Assembly (NCBI RefSeq): GCF_963676685.1
Contig: NC_092345.1
Span: 83,762,001 to 83,826,000, forward strand
Direction: 5' to 3'
DNA from: Mytilus edulis
Taxonomy: Eukaryota
Length of the DNA stretch: 64,000 nucleotides
Each line of letters starts with the position of its first letter. The first letter of the stretch is position 1. The notes beneath the pieces were generated by a model. That model searched no databases, had not been told where the DNA came from, and saw nothing but the letters and a program-made list of their open reading frames with translations. The translations under genes and the position numbers were made by a program. Positions 26,888-39,778 of this stretch are shown here, piece after piece.

Positions 26888-27158
26888 ACATTTTAAACCT
26901 GTGATATCACATCTCAAACAGACAGTACATTGTCTTTCAGTCATCTTTTGAAAAAAAAACCACTTGTATGTAATATAAAGCTCTATGGATAATCATGAAA
27001 AATTTAATATTAAACTTAAAAAATCATATAGAAACATTATATTGCCAAATTTATAACATTTAAAAATGTTTGAAGTTATTTTTTTATGTACATGAGTTTG
27101 GTGCTGTTTTCATTATAATTATTCCTCAATACATTTCATTGTTAAGATACAATAAGTA

Positions 27159-27164
27159 AATAAA
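27159..27164 (+). promoter_or_regulatory. Candidate polyadenylation signal of COASY
   Basis: AATAAA ~270 nt after the stop, followed by GT-rich gtttgatctgttttgt. Confidence 0.4.
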
Positions 27165-27344
27165 TGATTAATCAAGTTTGATCTGTTTTGTCCAGGTTGC
27201 GATGAATGTAGAAAAGCAAGACATGGGTACTACTTTTTGAAATTATCGTCAAAAACAGTTTAAAAAATGAGGATTTATGATATGCAATTGATAAAATATA
27301 TGCTGTCCATTGGCATCATTATTACAATTTGCTGGTGTGTAAAC

Positions 27345-29012
27345 CAGGGGCATAGCTAGGCAATTTTGATGTGTACGCAATGCCGGAGAAGGAAGTTATA
27401 CGGCAGGGGATCTGGAGGCCGCTCAAGGCCCCCAGAAGCTCTGGGGTAAATGCAACTTCCAAGCAAGGACCGAAGCTCATAAACTCGGCAATCACAGGAC
27501 TTCGGGAATGTCCGGAGAGCCGACAACCTTGCTTCGGAAGTTGGGGTAAATGGTGCAAAATCCTGCATTCTCGCAATTTCCGAGGACTTAAAAAGACCTC
27601 ACAGAAATCTTACTTTTAGGAGAAACAAGTCAACTTTGGAAATAAATAATCAGAGAAAAACAAAGAAACCCGTACTGTTGGCTTTAACAATTTGTTTTTT
27701 TTTTCCTTATGTGTAGTGGGTTAAAATGGCTTGATTAGGTATCTTTTATTTGTTACCTAATCATGCTGAACCCACTTTACATTAGAAAACAAACTTATTT
27801 CTAAGCCAACACTGTGCAACTTAAATGGTATTTTTTTTATTGAGAAAATACACAAATAAAAATTTGAATCACATATATCTTTATGTTTTATTTTATGAGT
27901 GAACAAGCAGTGTTTTTCAGCTTTTTTTTCTGTCAAAGTTAATTCTGAAAAACCAATTTCCTTTCTTTTTTTCTACTAAAGGTGTCCAAAACCGTGTCTG
28001 CTTTTAAAAAAATTCTCGGTAACTGTTCAAAAGACTGAGTCCAGATAAACGATTCGTTTTCATTGTATTTCTCAAGTAGGTCTTCACTCTTCTCATGGTA
28101 CTAAAAGACCGTTCTGCCGTTGCCATCGAGACCGGCATACGACGGACGGACCAACAGACAGACGGACGGACAGACGGATGCACAGACCAGAAAGCACAAT
28201 GTCCATCTATTATCGTAGGTAGGGCATAACAAAATCAAATCAATTTTTTTTCTTCAACAATATTAAATAAAATTTAAGATAAAATTCTAAAACTTTGCTA
28301 GTTAGTAAAGGTTAAAAATGGTAGTAAAGGGTGGGGTTGGGATGGTGGATCAGTACTTTTTATATTCAAATCAAGTTAGGATTACGGAAAACAAAAACTT
28401 TAAAACTGAAAGCATGGAAAACATGCACTTTTATTTAAATTTGGGAACATGATACTTGTTGAACGAAAGAGGCACCCGTCTTGCACTAAAATTTAAAAAA
28501 GTGAAAACACGTTGAACGTCAAATGAAAAAAAAGGTGAATACAGTTGCACGAAAATTACCCTTTACCACCCCCGTTAAACTTAAGTTGGACTAGACTGTT
28601 TAAGACTTATGCATACCTCACAGGAAATTCATAAGAATGAATTGATGTCCATGGTCTCTTAAGAATGTCATATTTTATTTCATCAGTTATTTTGGAATCT
28701 TCAGAAAAGATGTCAGGGTAAGGAGGCATAGAAGACGTAACAATTGTGTTTTGACACCCGGAGGACTCATGCAGCCATTTTAAATTGTTTGCATCAGCAA
28801 CAGAATTACTATGCTGGTTTCGTAAATGGAAAGGGAAGACTAGTTTTCGGAACGGAATATAGCTACAAAGTGATCTATAACATATTTGTATATTTTTTTT
28901 ATTAACTTCATTACTTTAATTTTGTTCTTACTAGATTTACCATATTTTTATTTTTGTGAAATTGTCGATGTGTACGCAACTGCGTTTTTGCGTACAGGTT
29001 GCTACGCGCCTG
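27345..29012. mobile_element. Non-autonomous CAG-ended TIR transposon with 6-bp TSD (hAT6-like)
   Basis: Ends caggggcatagc / gctacgcgcctg; GTAAAC at 27339-27344 and 29013-29018; subterminal direct repeat gatgtgtacgcaa. Confidence 0.75.
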
Positions 29013-29049
29013 GTAAACTATTGGTATTAAGCTTTATATTTCAGAGGGA

Positions 29050-29640
29050 AGATAAATAAAGGCAACAGTAGTATACCGCTGTTCGAAATTCATAAATAGA
29101 TTGAGAAAAATAACAAATCAGGGTTACAAACTAAAACAGAGAAACGCATCAAATATAAGAGGAGAACTACGACACAACAGAAACACAACATTAAAATGTA
29201 AAACACACAGAAACGAACTATAATATAACAATGGCCATTTTCCTGACTTGGTACAGAACATTTTAAGAAAAAATGGTGGGTTGAACCTGGTTTTGTGGCA
29301 TGCCAAACCTCCCGCTTTAATGGCAATGTTAAATATAACATTAAAATGACAACATTACATGACAGGACTACAATACAAATAAATGGGAGAAAATACAGGA
29401 AAGAGAAACACACAAATAATAGCTAACAAAAGGTATCAGGTTTTAAATTTTGATACACCAGATGTGCGCTTCGTCCACACAAGACTAACCAGTGACGCTC
29501 AGATGAAAAAAGTTGAAAGCCAAAACATTTAAAGTTGAAGAGCACTGAAGACAAAAGTTTTAAAAAGTTGTGACCAATACGGCCAAGGTTTTCTGCCCGG
29601 GATAAGAACATCCTTATTATTTAGAATAATTCATACAGTA
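29050..29640 (-). mobile_element. Dispersed repeat with decayed type-I hammerhead ribozyme (Penelope/retrozyme-like remnant)
   Basis: Minus strand of 29455-29500 reads gcgtca-CTGGTTA-gtc..gac-GAAG-cgcac-atc-tggtgt. Confidence 0.5.
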
Positions 29641-29649
29641 AAAGACTTA

Positions 29650-31150
29650 AGGCTGTTGTCCTTGAGCTCATTTCATAATTCATTGGTCAATCATAAGTTT
29701 TCCTGGTTAAGTCTGTTTTTGTCTAGCCTTGAGAGAGTCCAAAAGTAAGACATAGGTATGCTGTTTCCAGCGTTGGTGGCAGTGATTGCAGACTAGTGCA
29801 GAGGCATCAACAATTGTATAAGTTTGTGATTTGGTCTAAGTTATGGTGAACCACTTGTGGTAGTTCAATAATATTTGGTATACAGTTGTATAAGCATTCA
29901 CACATTTTCTTTCCACAGAGATTATTTAGCCTATCAGTCATGGTCTATTGACTTTAAAACTTGTGCTATGTATTAAGTTTTTTGATTAGGTCAGTTTTTG
30001 GATAACCACTAGTAGTAGGTCAATGATATTTGGTTTGCAGTTAACTGGCTATTATTTCAATTTGGAATTATTTTTAATTATGGAATTTCTTGTGCTTGAA
30101 ATTTTTTATAAATTCCATGTTTATTCTGTATTATAATGTTTTGAGCCGTGAAAAACACTTTCCATACAATGTATTTTGTATAGATAGTGTTGTGCGCGGC
30201 ACAGTACATTCTAATGAAAATGTGCTATCTTTGTAATAAAAAGTGTTGTGCGCGGCACAGAACATTAAAATATTAAAAATTTCAAGCACTAGAAATAATG
30301 CATATTCCATAATTAAAAATAGTTCCTGGATGAAAAAATAGCCTTTTAGTGGTAAAAGCATTGACATATCTCATTTCAAAGGAGATTATTTGGCTCTGCC
30401 CCTTAGTCATGGTCTATTGACCTTGAAACTTGTGCTTTGTTTACAGTATTAATTTGTGATCAGGTCAGTTCTAGAGGAACCATTAGGGGTAGGCTAATAT
30501 TAATTGGTGTGCAGTTGTATAAGGATTAGTACATCTTATTACCATGGAGAATATTTGGCCCCACCCCTCAATCATGGTCATTTAACTTTAGTACTTTGAC
30601 TTAGTTTACATGTACAAGTTTGTAGTAAAATTAGTTTAAGGGGAACCCCTAATCTTAAGTTACTGACATTTGGTTTGCAAACTTATTGCCATTTGCAAGT
30701 CTTTTTCCATGGAGATTATATAGCCCCCCACCACCTCATCATAGTTCATTGACTTTGAAACACAACTTTTACATAGTTTACAAGTTAATGTTTGTGTTTA
30801 GGTCTGATCCCATTTTCATGATTCATAGGGCAATGTTAGGTTTAAGTAGTTATGTCCTCTTCTTATGTACTATAAGTAATAGGTCAACTATATTTGGATC
30901 TATGGAATAATTCCAAGGTGTACTTGCTTGTGTGACAGGATTAATCTGACCTTGACCTCATTTTCCTTGTGCTTTAATCAATGTGATATAAAAGGGCAAG
31001 TCTGGTTCTTGTAAACTATAAGCAATAAGTCAATTATATTTGGTGTACAGAATGATTGCAAGGTGTACATGTGACTGGCAAGTATCATCTGTCCATGACC
31101 TCACTTTCATTGTTCATTAGTTAATGATAAGTTTCCATGTTTTAAAGGGA
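29650..31150. repeat. Degenerate ~160-bp-subunit tandem array (HINE-type)
   Basis: Recurrent gtcatggtctattgactttgaaact and taggtcaactatatttgg motifs. Confidence 0.55.
30064..30326. mobile_element. Foldback/TIR element containing a second inverted-repeat unit (30135-30266)
   Basis: Outer IR ggaa(t/c)tatttttaattatggaat; inner IR aatgttttgagccgtg..cacttt / aaagtgttgtgcgcggcacagaacatt. Confidence 0.6.
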
Positions 31151-33696
31151 ATACTTGTATTAAGTCATTCTTGGATATAAAGAGTAATGAGTCATACTTT
31201 GCTATATATAGCACCACTCAGTGTAATGAGTCTTGCTTGGCTATATAGCAACACTCGGTGTAATATGTCATGCTTGGTTATATAGCACCACTCTGTGCAA
31301 TGAGTTCTACTTTGCCATATATAGCACCACTCAGAGTAATGAGTCTTGCTTGGCTATATAGCACCACTCGTTGTAATGAGTCGTGCTTGGCTATATAGCA
31401 ACACTCGGTGTAATGAGTATTGCTTAGCTATATAGCACAAATTAGTGTAATGAATCGTGCTTGGCTATATAGCATCACTCGTTGTAATGAGTCGTGCTTG
31501 GCTATATAGCACCACTTTGTGTAATGAGTCGTGCTTGGCTATAAAGCAACACTTTGTGCAATGAATCATACTTGGCTTTATAGCACCACTCTGTGTAATG
31601 AGTCGTGATTGGCTATATAGCACCACTCTGTGTAATGAGTCGTGATTGGCTATATAGCACCACTTTGTGTAATGAGTCGTGATTGGCTATATAGCACCAC
31701 TTTGTGTAATGAGTCTTGCTTGGCTATATAGCACAACTTTGTGAAATGAATCATGCTTGAGTATATAGCACAACTTTGTGTAATGAATCATGCTTGACTA
31801 TATAGCACCGCTTTGTGTAATAAGTCATGCTTGGCTATATAGCATCACTCGGTGTAATGAGTCGTGCTTGGCTATAAAGCAACACTTTGTGTAATGAGTC
31901 GTGCTTAGCTTTATAGCATTAATCTGTAATGAATCATGCTTGGCTATAAAGCAACACTTTGTGCAATGAATCATACTTGGCTTTATAGCACCACTCTGTG
32001 TAATGAGTCGTGATTGGCTATATAGCACCACTCTGTGTAATGAGTCGTGATTGGCTATATAGCACCACTTTGTGTAATGAGTCGTGATTGGCTATATAGC
32101 ACCACTTTGTGTAATGAGTCTTGCTTGGCTATATAGCACAACTTTGTGAAATGAATCATGCTTGAGTATATAGCACAACTTTGTGTAATGAATCATGCTT
32201 GACTATATAGCACCGCTTTGTGTAATGAATCATGCTTGACTATATAGCACCACTTTGTGTAATGAGTCTTGCTTGGCTATATAGCACAACTTTGTGTAAT
32301 GAATCATGCTTGAGTATATAGCACAACTTTGTGTAATGAATCATGCTTGACTATATAGCACCGCTTTGTGTAATGAATCATGCTTGACTATATAGCACCA
32401 CTTTGTGTAATGAATCATGCTTAGCTATATCGCACAACTTTGTGTAATGAGGCTTACTTTGCTGTATAGCACAAATGAGTGTAATGAATCATGCTTGGCT
32501 ATATAGCAACACTCTGTGTTATGAGTCATGCTTTGCTATATAGCAACACTTTGTGTAATGAATTATGCTTGGTTATATAGCACAAGTTGATGTAATGAGT
32601 CTTGCTTGGCTATATAGCACACATGAGTCCTGTTCGACTATATAGCATCACTGTGTCAAATGAGTCATGCTTGGCTATATAGCAACACTCTGTTTATTGA
32701 GTCATGATTGGCTATATAGCACCACTCTCTGTGTAATGAGTCTTGCTTGGATATATAGCAACACTTTGTGTAATGAGTCATGATTAGCTATATAGCACCA
32801 CTTTCTGTGTAATGAGTCGTGCTTGGATATATAGAACCACTCTCTGTGTAATGAGTCGTGCTTGGATATATAGCAACACTTTGTGTAATGAGTCATGACT
32901 AGCTATATAGCACCACTTTCTGTGTAATGAGTCGTGCTTGGAAATATAGAACCACTCTGTTTAATAAATCATGCTCGATTATATAGCACCCCTCTGTGTA
33001 ATGAGTCGTGCTTGGATATATAGAACCACTCTCTGTATAATGAGTCATGCTTGGATATATAGCAACACTTTGTGTAATGAGTCATGCTTGGCTGTATAGC
33101 ACCACTCTCTGTAATGAGTAATGCTTGGCTGTATAGCACCACTCTCTGTAATGAATCATGCTTGGCTATAAAGCATCAATCTACTGTGTAATTAATCATG
33201 CTTGGCTATATAGCACATCACTCTGTGTACTGTGTCATTTTGAAATAACATGAATAATGAAGAATTATTTCTTGTTCATTTAATGCAATCAACTAATGGT
33301 TCCTGATTTAAAAAGAAAAGACAAAATTATAAGTCAATGAGTGGTACTAGTATAACATTACTGTAAAACAAAGACAATGCCTTTAATTATTTTTTCAATG
33401 TTCAATTCATTTTGGAGAGAAAGTGTGTGTTATCTGAATATATTTTTGTGAGTGTTTATTAACGTTGGTTATTTTGAAGATCAAAATACAGATAATTTTT
33501 TTTACAGTAGAATTATCTATAAGTTATGAATAAATAGCATAACTTTGCACTATTAAAGATATTTAAATGTCAGTGTACGATCTATGGAAATTTTCGGGTA
33601 TCCACTCGTGGCAATTACTTAATAGTGTCATCGTAGACAATCAGAATAGAACGAGAACAATATAAATCTGTTTTTTTTCCAAAATACATTATAAAA

Positions 33697-33945
33697 TTAG
33701 AAATTCTCCAGGACAAATATTTTGGATTTTTGTTTACTTTTTTCACTTCCAATATAAAAGTGTCGGTTATAATCCACAGACAGAGACTTTGGTTGTTCTA
33801 TTCCCACCTTTTTGGTATCTAAATATTGCATTAAAATTCCTGTACTACTAAGAATATGTAAGAAACAATTATAACTCTCAGCAATCACAAAACTATCCGA
33901 CTATGAAGTGACAATGTCTATTGGTCTAAAAGGGCAATGTTCATT
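33697..33945 (-). pseudogene. Orphan 3' fragment (last 249 nt) of the TRIM-like CDS, copy 1
   Basis: Aligns to 39779-40027 with 5 substitutions, one a CAG>TAG; joined directly to satellite; diverged 3' flank at ~33230-33696. Confidence 0.9.
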
Positions 33946-34023
33946 AAATATAGCACCACTCTGCAATGAGTCATTATTGGCTATTATAGCACCACTCTGT
34001 GTAATGGTTCATGCTTGGCTATA

Positions 34024-34388
34024 CACAGGCAAAATTTGCGTACACCTCAAACGAATTTATACATGAAACTCACGTGAAAATTTTTCATGTGAATTGAAAT
34101 TCGCATAAATCTGATGTAAAATATTTTGCATGAATTTCACGTGTATTTACACACACAAAATTTATATTTTTCATGATATTAAATAGATTTGAAATTCGGT
34201 GTTATTTGAATTACTCTATTTGAAAAATTCATGTGATTTTCATGGAAAATTCACATGAGTTTCACAAAAACTGATTTCATGTGAGTTTCACGTATAAGCT
34301 CGTTTGTGGTGAAATTCATGTGAATTTCACGTGAGATTCACATGAATTTAAATTCACGTGAAATTCATGTGAGTAAAATTTGCCTGTG
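34024..34388. mobile_element. TA-TSD MITE (Tc1/mariner-type target) inserted in a satellite unit, copy 1
   Basis: 14-bp TIR cacaggcaaaattt; removing it plus one TA restores cttggctatatagcacc. Confidence 0.9.
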
Positions 34389-36436
34389 TATAGCACCGCT
34401 CTGTGTAATGAGTCATTCTTGGCTATATAACACTACTCTGTGTAAGGAATCACGCTTTGCTTCATACCACTAATGTTTTAATGAGTCATACTCGGCCATA
34501 TAGCACCTCTCTGTGTTATGAGTCATGCTTGGCTATATAGCACTACTCTGTAATGAATCATGTTTGGCTTTATAGCACCGCTCTGTGTAATGGGTAATGC
34601 TTGGCTATATAGCACCACTCTGCAATGAGTAATTTTTTGGCTATTATAGCGCCACTCTGTGTAATGAGTCATGCTTGGCTTTATAGCACCAATCTGTGTT
34701 ATGAGTCTTGCTTGGCTTTATAGCACCGCTCTGTGTAATGAGTCATGCTTGGCTATATAGCACCACTCTGTGCAATGAGTCATTATTGGCTATTATAGTT
34801 CCGCTCTGTGTAATAAGACATGCTTGGCTTTATACAACCGCTCTGTGTAATGAGTCATGCTTGGCTGTATAGCACCACTCTGTGCATTGAGTCATTATTG
34901 CCTATTATAGCACCGCTCTGTGTAATGAGTCATGCTTGGCTTTATAGCACCACTCTGTGTAATAAGTCATGCTTGGCCATATGGCACCGCTCTGTGTAAT
35001 GAGTCATGATTGGCTTTATAGCACCGCTCTCTGTAATGAGTCATGCTTGGTTTTATAGCACCTATCTGTGTAATAAGTCATGCTTGGCTTTATAGCACCA
35101 CTCTGTGTAATGAGTCATGCTTGGCTTCATAGCATCACTCTGTGTAATGAGTCATGATTGGCTTTATAGCACCACTCTGTGTAATAAGTCATGCTTGGCT
35201 ATATAGCACCGCTCTCTGTACTGAGTCATGCTTGGCTTTAAAGCACCACTCTGTGTAATAAGTCATGCTTGGTTTTATAGCACCACTCTGTGTAATGAGT
35301 CATGCATGTCTTTATAGTACCAATCTTTTTAATGAGTCATACTTGGCTTTATAGCACCAATCTTTGTAATGAGTCATGCTTGGCTTTATAGCACCACTCT
35401 GTGTTATGAGTCATGCTTGGCTTTATAGCACCAATCTTTGTAATGAATCATGCTTGGTTTTATAGCACCACTCTGTGTAATGAGTCATGCTTGGCTTTAT
35501 AGAACCGCTCTTTGTAATGAGTCATGCTTGGCTTTATAGCACCACTCTGTGTAATGAGTCATGCTTGGCTTTATAGCACCAATCTTTGTAATGAATCATG
35601 CTTGGTTTTATAGCACCACTCTGTGTAATGAGTCATGCTTGGCTTTATAGCACCACTTTCTGTGTAATGAGTCGTGCTTGGAAATATAGAACCACTCTGT
35701 TTAATAAATCATGCTCGATTATATAGCACCCCTCTGTGTAATGAGTCGTGCTTGGATATATAGAACCACTCTCTGTATAATGAGTCATGCTTGGATATAT
35801 AGCAACACTTTGTGTAATGAGTCATGCTTGGCTGTATAGCACCACTCTCTGTAATGAGTAATGCTTGGCTGTATAGCACCACTCTCTGTAATGAATCATG
35901 CTTGGCTATAAAGCATCAATCTACTGTGTAATTAATCATGCTTGGCTATATAGCACATCACTCTGTGTACTGTGTCATTTTGAAATAACATGAATAATGA
36001 AGAATTATTTCTTGTTCATTTAATGCAATCAACTAATGGTTCCTGATTTAAAAAGAAAAGACAAAATTATAAGTCAATGAGTGGTACTAGTATAACATTA
36101 CTGTAAAACAAAGACAATGCCTTTAATTATTTTTTCAATGTTCAATTCATTTTGGAGAGAAAGTGTGTGTTATCTGAATATATTTTTGTGAGTGTTTATT
36201 AACGTTGGTTATTTTGAAGATCAAAATACAGATAATTTTTTTTACAGTAGAATTATCTATAAGTTATGAATAAATAGCATAACTTTGCACTATTAAAGAT
36301 ATTTAAATGTCAGTGTACGATCTATGGAAATTTTCGGGTATCCACTCGTGGCAATTACTTAATAGTGTCATCGTAGACAATCAGAATAGAACGAGAACAA
36401 TATAAATCTGTTTTTTTTCCAAAATACATTATAAAA

Positions 36437-36685
36437 TTAGAAATTCTCCAGGACAAATATTTTGGATTTTTGTTTACTTTTTTCACTTCCAATATAAAAG
36501 TGTCCGTTATAATCCACAGACAGAGACTTTGGTTGTTCTATTCCCACCTTTTTGGTATCTAAATATTGCATTAAAATTCCTGTACTACTAAGAATATGTA
36601 AGAAACAATTATAACTCTCAGCAATCACAAAACTATCCGACTATGAAGTGACAATGTCTATTGGTCTAAAAGGGCAATGTTCATT
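36437..36685 (-). pseudogene. Orphan 3' fragment of the TRIM-like CDS, copy 2
   Basis: Same as copy 1 at +2740 offset apart from one visible SNP (R>G). Confidence 0.88.
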
Positions 36686-36763
36686 AAATATAGCACCACT
36701 CTGCAATGAGTCATTATTGGCTATTATAGCACCACTCTGTGTAATGGTTCATGCTTGGCTATA

Positions 36764-37128
36764 CACAGGCAAAATTTGCGTACACCTCAAACGAATTTAT
36801 ACATGAAACTCACGTGAAAATTTTTCATGTGAATTGAAATTCGCATAAATCTGATGTAAAATATTTTGCATGAATTTCACGTGTATTTACACACACAAAA
36901 TTTATATTTTTCATGATATTAAATAGATTTGAAATTCGGTGTTATTTGAATTACTCTATTTGAAAAATTCATGTGATTTTCATGGAAAATTCACATGAGT
37001 TTCACAAAAACTGATTTCATGTGAGTTTCACGTATAAGCTCGTTTGTGGTGAAATTCATGTGAATTTCACGTGAGATTCACATGAATTTAAATTCACGTG
37101 AAATTCATGTGAGTAAAATTTGCCTGTG
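36764..37128. mobile_element. Same MITE, copy 2 (part of the duplication)
   Basis: Same as 34024-34388. Confidence 0.9.
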
Positions 37129-39778
37129 TATAGCACCGCTCTGTGTAATGAGTCATTCTTGGCTATATAACACTACTCTGTGTAAGGAATCACGCTTTGC
37201 TTCATACCACTAATGTTTTAATGAGTCATACTCGGCCATATAGCACCTCTCTGTGTTATGAGTCATGCTTGGCTATATAGCACTACTCTGTAATGAATCA
37301 TGTTTGGCTTTATAGCACCGCTCTGTGTAATGGGTAATGCTTGGCTATATAGCACCACTCTGCAATGAGTAATTTTTTGGCTATTATAGCGCCACTCTGT
37401 GTAATGAGTCATGCTTGGCTTTATAGCACCAATCTGTGTTATGAGTCTTGCTTGGCTTTATAGCACCGCTCTGTGTAATGAGTCATGCTTGGCTATATAG
37501 CACCACTCTGTGCAATGAGTCATTATTGGCTATTATAGTTCCGCTCTGTGTAATAAGACATGCTTGGCTTTATACAACCGCTCTGTGTAATGAGTCATGC
37601 TTGGCTGTATAGCACCACTCTGTGCATTGAGTCATTATTGCCTATTATAGCACCGCTCTGTGTAATGAGTCATGCTTGGCTTTATAGCACCACTCTGTGT
37701 AATAAGTCATGCTTGGCCATATGGCACCGCTCTGTGTAATGAGTCATGATTGGCTTTATAGCACCGCTCTCTGTAATGAGTCATGCTTGGTTTTATAGCA
37801 CCTATCTGTGTAATAAGTCATGCTTGGCTTTATAGCACCACTCTGTGTAATGAGTCATGCTTGGCTTCATAGCATCACTCTGTGTAATGAGTCATGATTG
37901 GCTTTATAGCACCACTCTGTGTAATAAGTCATGCTTGGCTATATAGCACCGCTCTCTGTACTGAGTCATGCTTGGCTTTAAAGCACCACTCTGTGTAATA
38001 AGTCATGCTTGGTTTTATAGCACCACTCTGTGTAATGAGTCATGCATGTCTTTATAGTACCAATCTTTTTAATGAGTCATACTTGGCTTTATAGCACCAA
38101 TCTTTGTAATGAGTCATGCTTGGCTTTATAGCACCACTCTGTGTTATGAGTCATGCTTGGCTTTATAGCACCAATCTTTGTAATGAATCATGCTTGGTTT
38201 TATAGCACCACTCTGTGTAATGAGTCATGCTTGGCTTTATAGAACCGCTCTTTGTAATGAGTCATGCTTGGCTTTATAGCACCACTCTGTGTAATGAGTC
38301 ATGCTTGGCTTTATAGCACCAATCTTTGTAATGAATCATGCTTGGTTTTATAGCACCACTCTGTGTAATGAGTCATGCTTGGCTTTATAGAACCGCTCTT
38401 TGTAATGAGTCATGCTTGGCTTTATAGCACCACTCTCTGTAATGAGTCATGCTTGGCTTTATAGATCCGCTCTTTGTAATGAGCCATGCTTGGCTTTATA
38501 GCACCACCCTGTGTAATGAGTCATGCTTGGCTTTATAGAACCGCTCTTTGTAATGAGTCATGCTTGGCTTTATAACACCACTCTGTGTAATGAGTCGTGC
38601 TTGGCTTTATAGAAACGCTCTTTGTAATGAGTCATGCTTGGCTTTATAGCACCACTATGTGTAATGAGTCATGCTTGGCTTTATAGCACCACTCTGTGTA
38701 ATGAGTCATGCTTGGCTTTATAGCACCAATCTTTGTAATGAGTCATGCTTGGCTTTATAGCACCACCCTGTGTAATGAGTCATGCTTGGCTTTATAGAAC
38801 CGCTCTTTGTAATGAGTCATGCTTGGCTTTATAGCACCACTCTGTGTAATGAGTCATGCTTGGCTATATAGCACCGCTCTCTGTACTGAGTCATGCTTGG
38901 TTTTATAGCACCACTCTGTGTAATGAGTCATGCTTGGCTTTATAGAACCGTTCTTTGTAATGAGTCATGCTTGTCTATATAACACCACTCTTTGTAATAA
39001 GTCATGCTTGGCTTTATAGAACCGCTCTTTGTAATGAGTCATGCTTGGCTTTATATCACCACTATGTGTAATGAGTCATGCTTGGCTTTATATCACCACT
39101 ATGTGTAATGAGTCATGCTTGGCTTTATAGCACCACTCTGTGTAATGAGTCATGCTTGGGTTTATAGCACCACTCTGTGTAATGAGTCATGCTTGGCTTT
39201 ATAGCATCAATCTTTGTAATGAGTCATGCTTGGCTTTTATAGCACCACTATGTGTAATGAGTCATGCTTGGCTTTATAGCACCACACCACTCTGTGTAAT
39301 ATGTCATTTTGAACACTTTATTATGTGTAGCAACATTGATATGAAAGACATTCAAATGATGAATATGTTTTTCTTCATTAAATGCAATCAATTTATGGTT
39401 CCCGATTTAAAAAGACAAAAATATAAGTCAATGATTGGTTATAGTATAACATTATTGTAAACAAAACCAATGCCTTTTATTATTTTTGTATGTTAATCCA
39501 TTTTGGAGAGAACGTGTGTTTTATCTGAATATATGTTTTATGAGTGTTTGTTAACCTTGGTTATTTTGAAGATAAGCTAGGCGATAAAAAGTAAAGATAA
39601 CTTTTCTTTTTTACAGTAGAATAATTTATAGTGTATGAATTATAATAGTATACATTTACATTGTTAAAGAATTTAAAATGTCCGTGTACGATCTATGGAA
39701 ATTTTCGGGTATCTATCGTTTTGACAATTGCTAAAGTGTCACCATGGAAAATCATTTTTTTCAAAATACATTTTAGAA

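Larger units (their letters stand above)
32906..38390. repeat. Near-perfect 2,740-bp tandem segmental duplication (32906-35650 / 35646-38390)
   Basis: Same sequence at a constant 2740 offset, including satellite variants, TRIM fragment and MITE; breakpoints lie in satellite units. Confidence 0.92.
31185..39300. repeat. 37-bp satellite array, roughly 160 units in blocks 31185-33230, 33948-34023, 34389-35970, 36688-36763, 37129-39300
   Basis: Consensus (t/a)tatagcaccactctgtgtaatgagtcatgcttggct, head-to-tail, no spacers. Confidence 0.97.

Noticed and set aside
31185-39300. CRISPR-like array of 37-bp repeats
   Set aside because: Units are head-to-tail with no unique spacers, there are no cas genes, and the context is eukaryotic; it is a satellite.
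31825-39460. Short ORFs in the satellite (31825-32031, 32702-32896, 39152-39460)
   Set aside because: Chance translations of a 37-bp unit that is not a multiple of 3.
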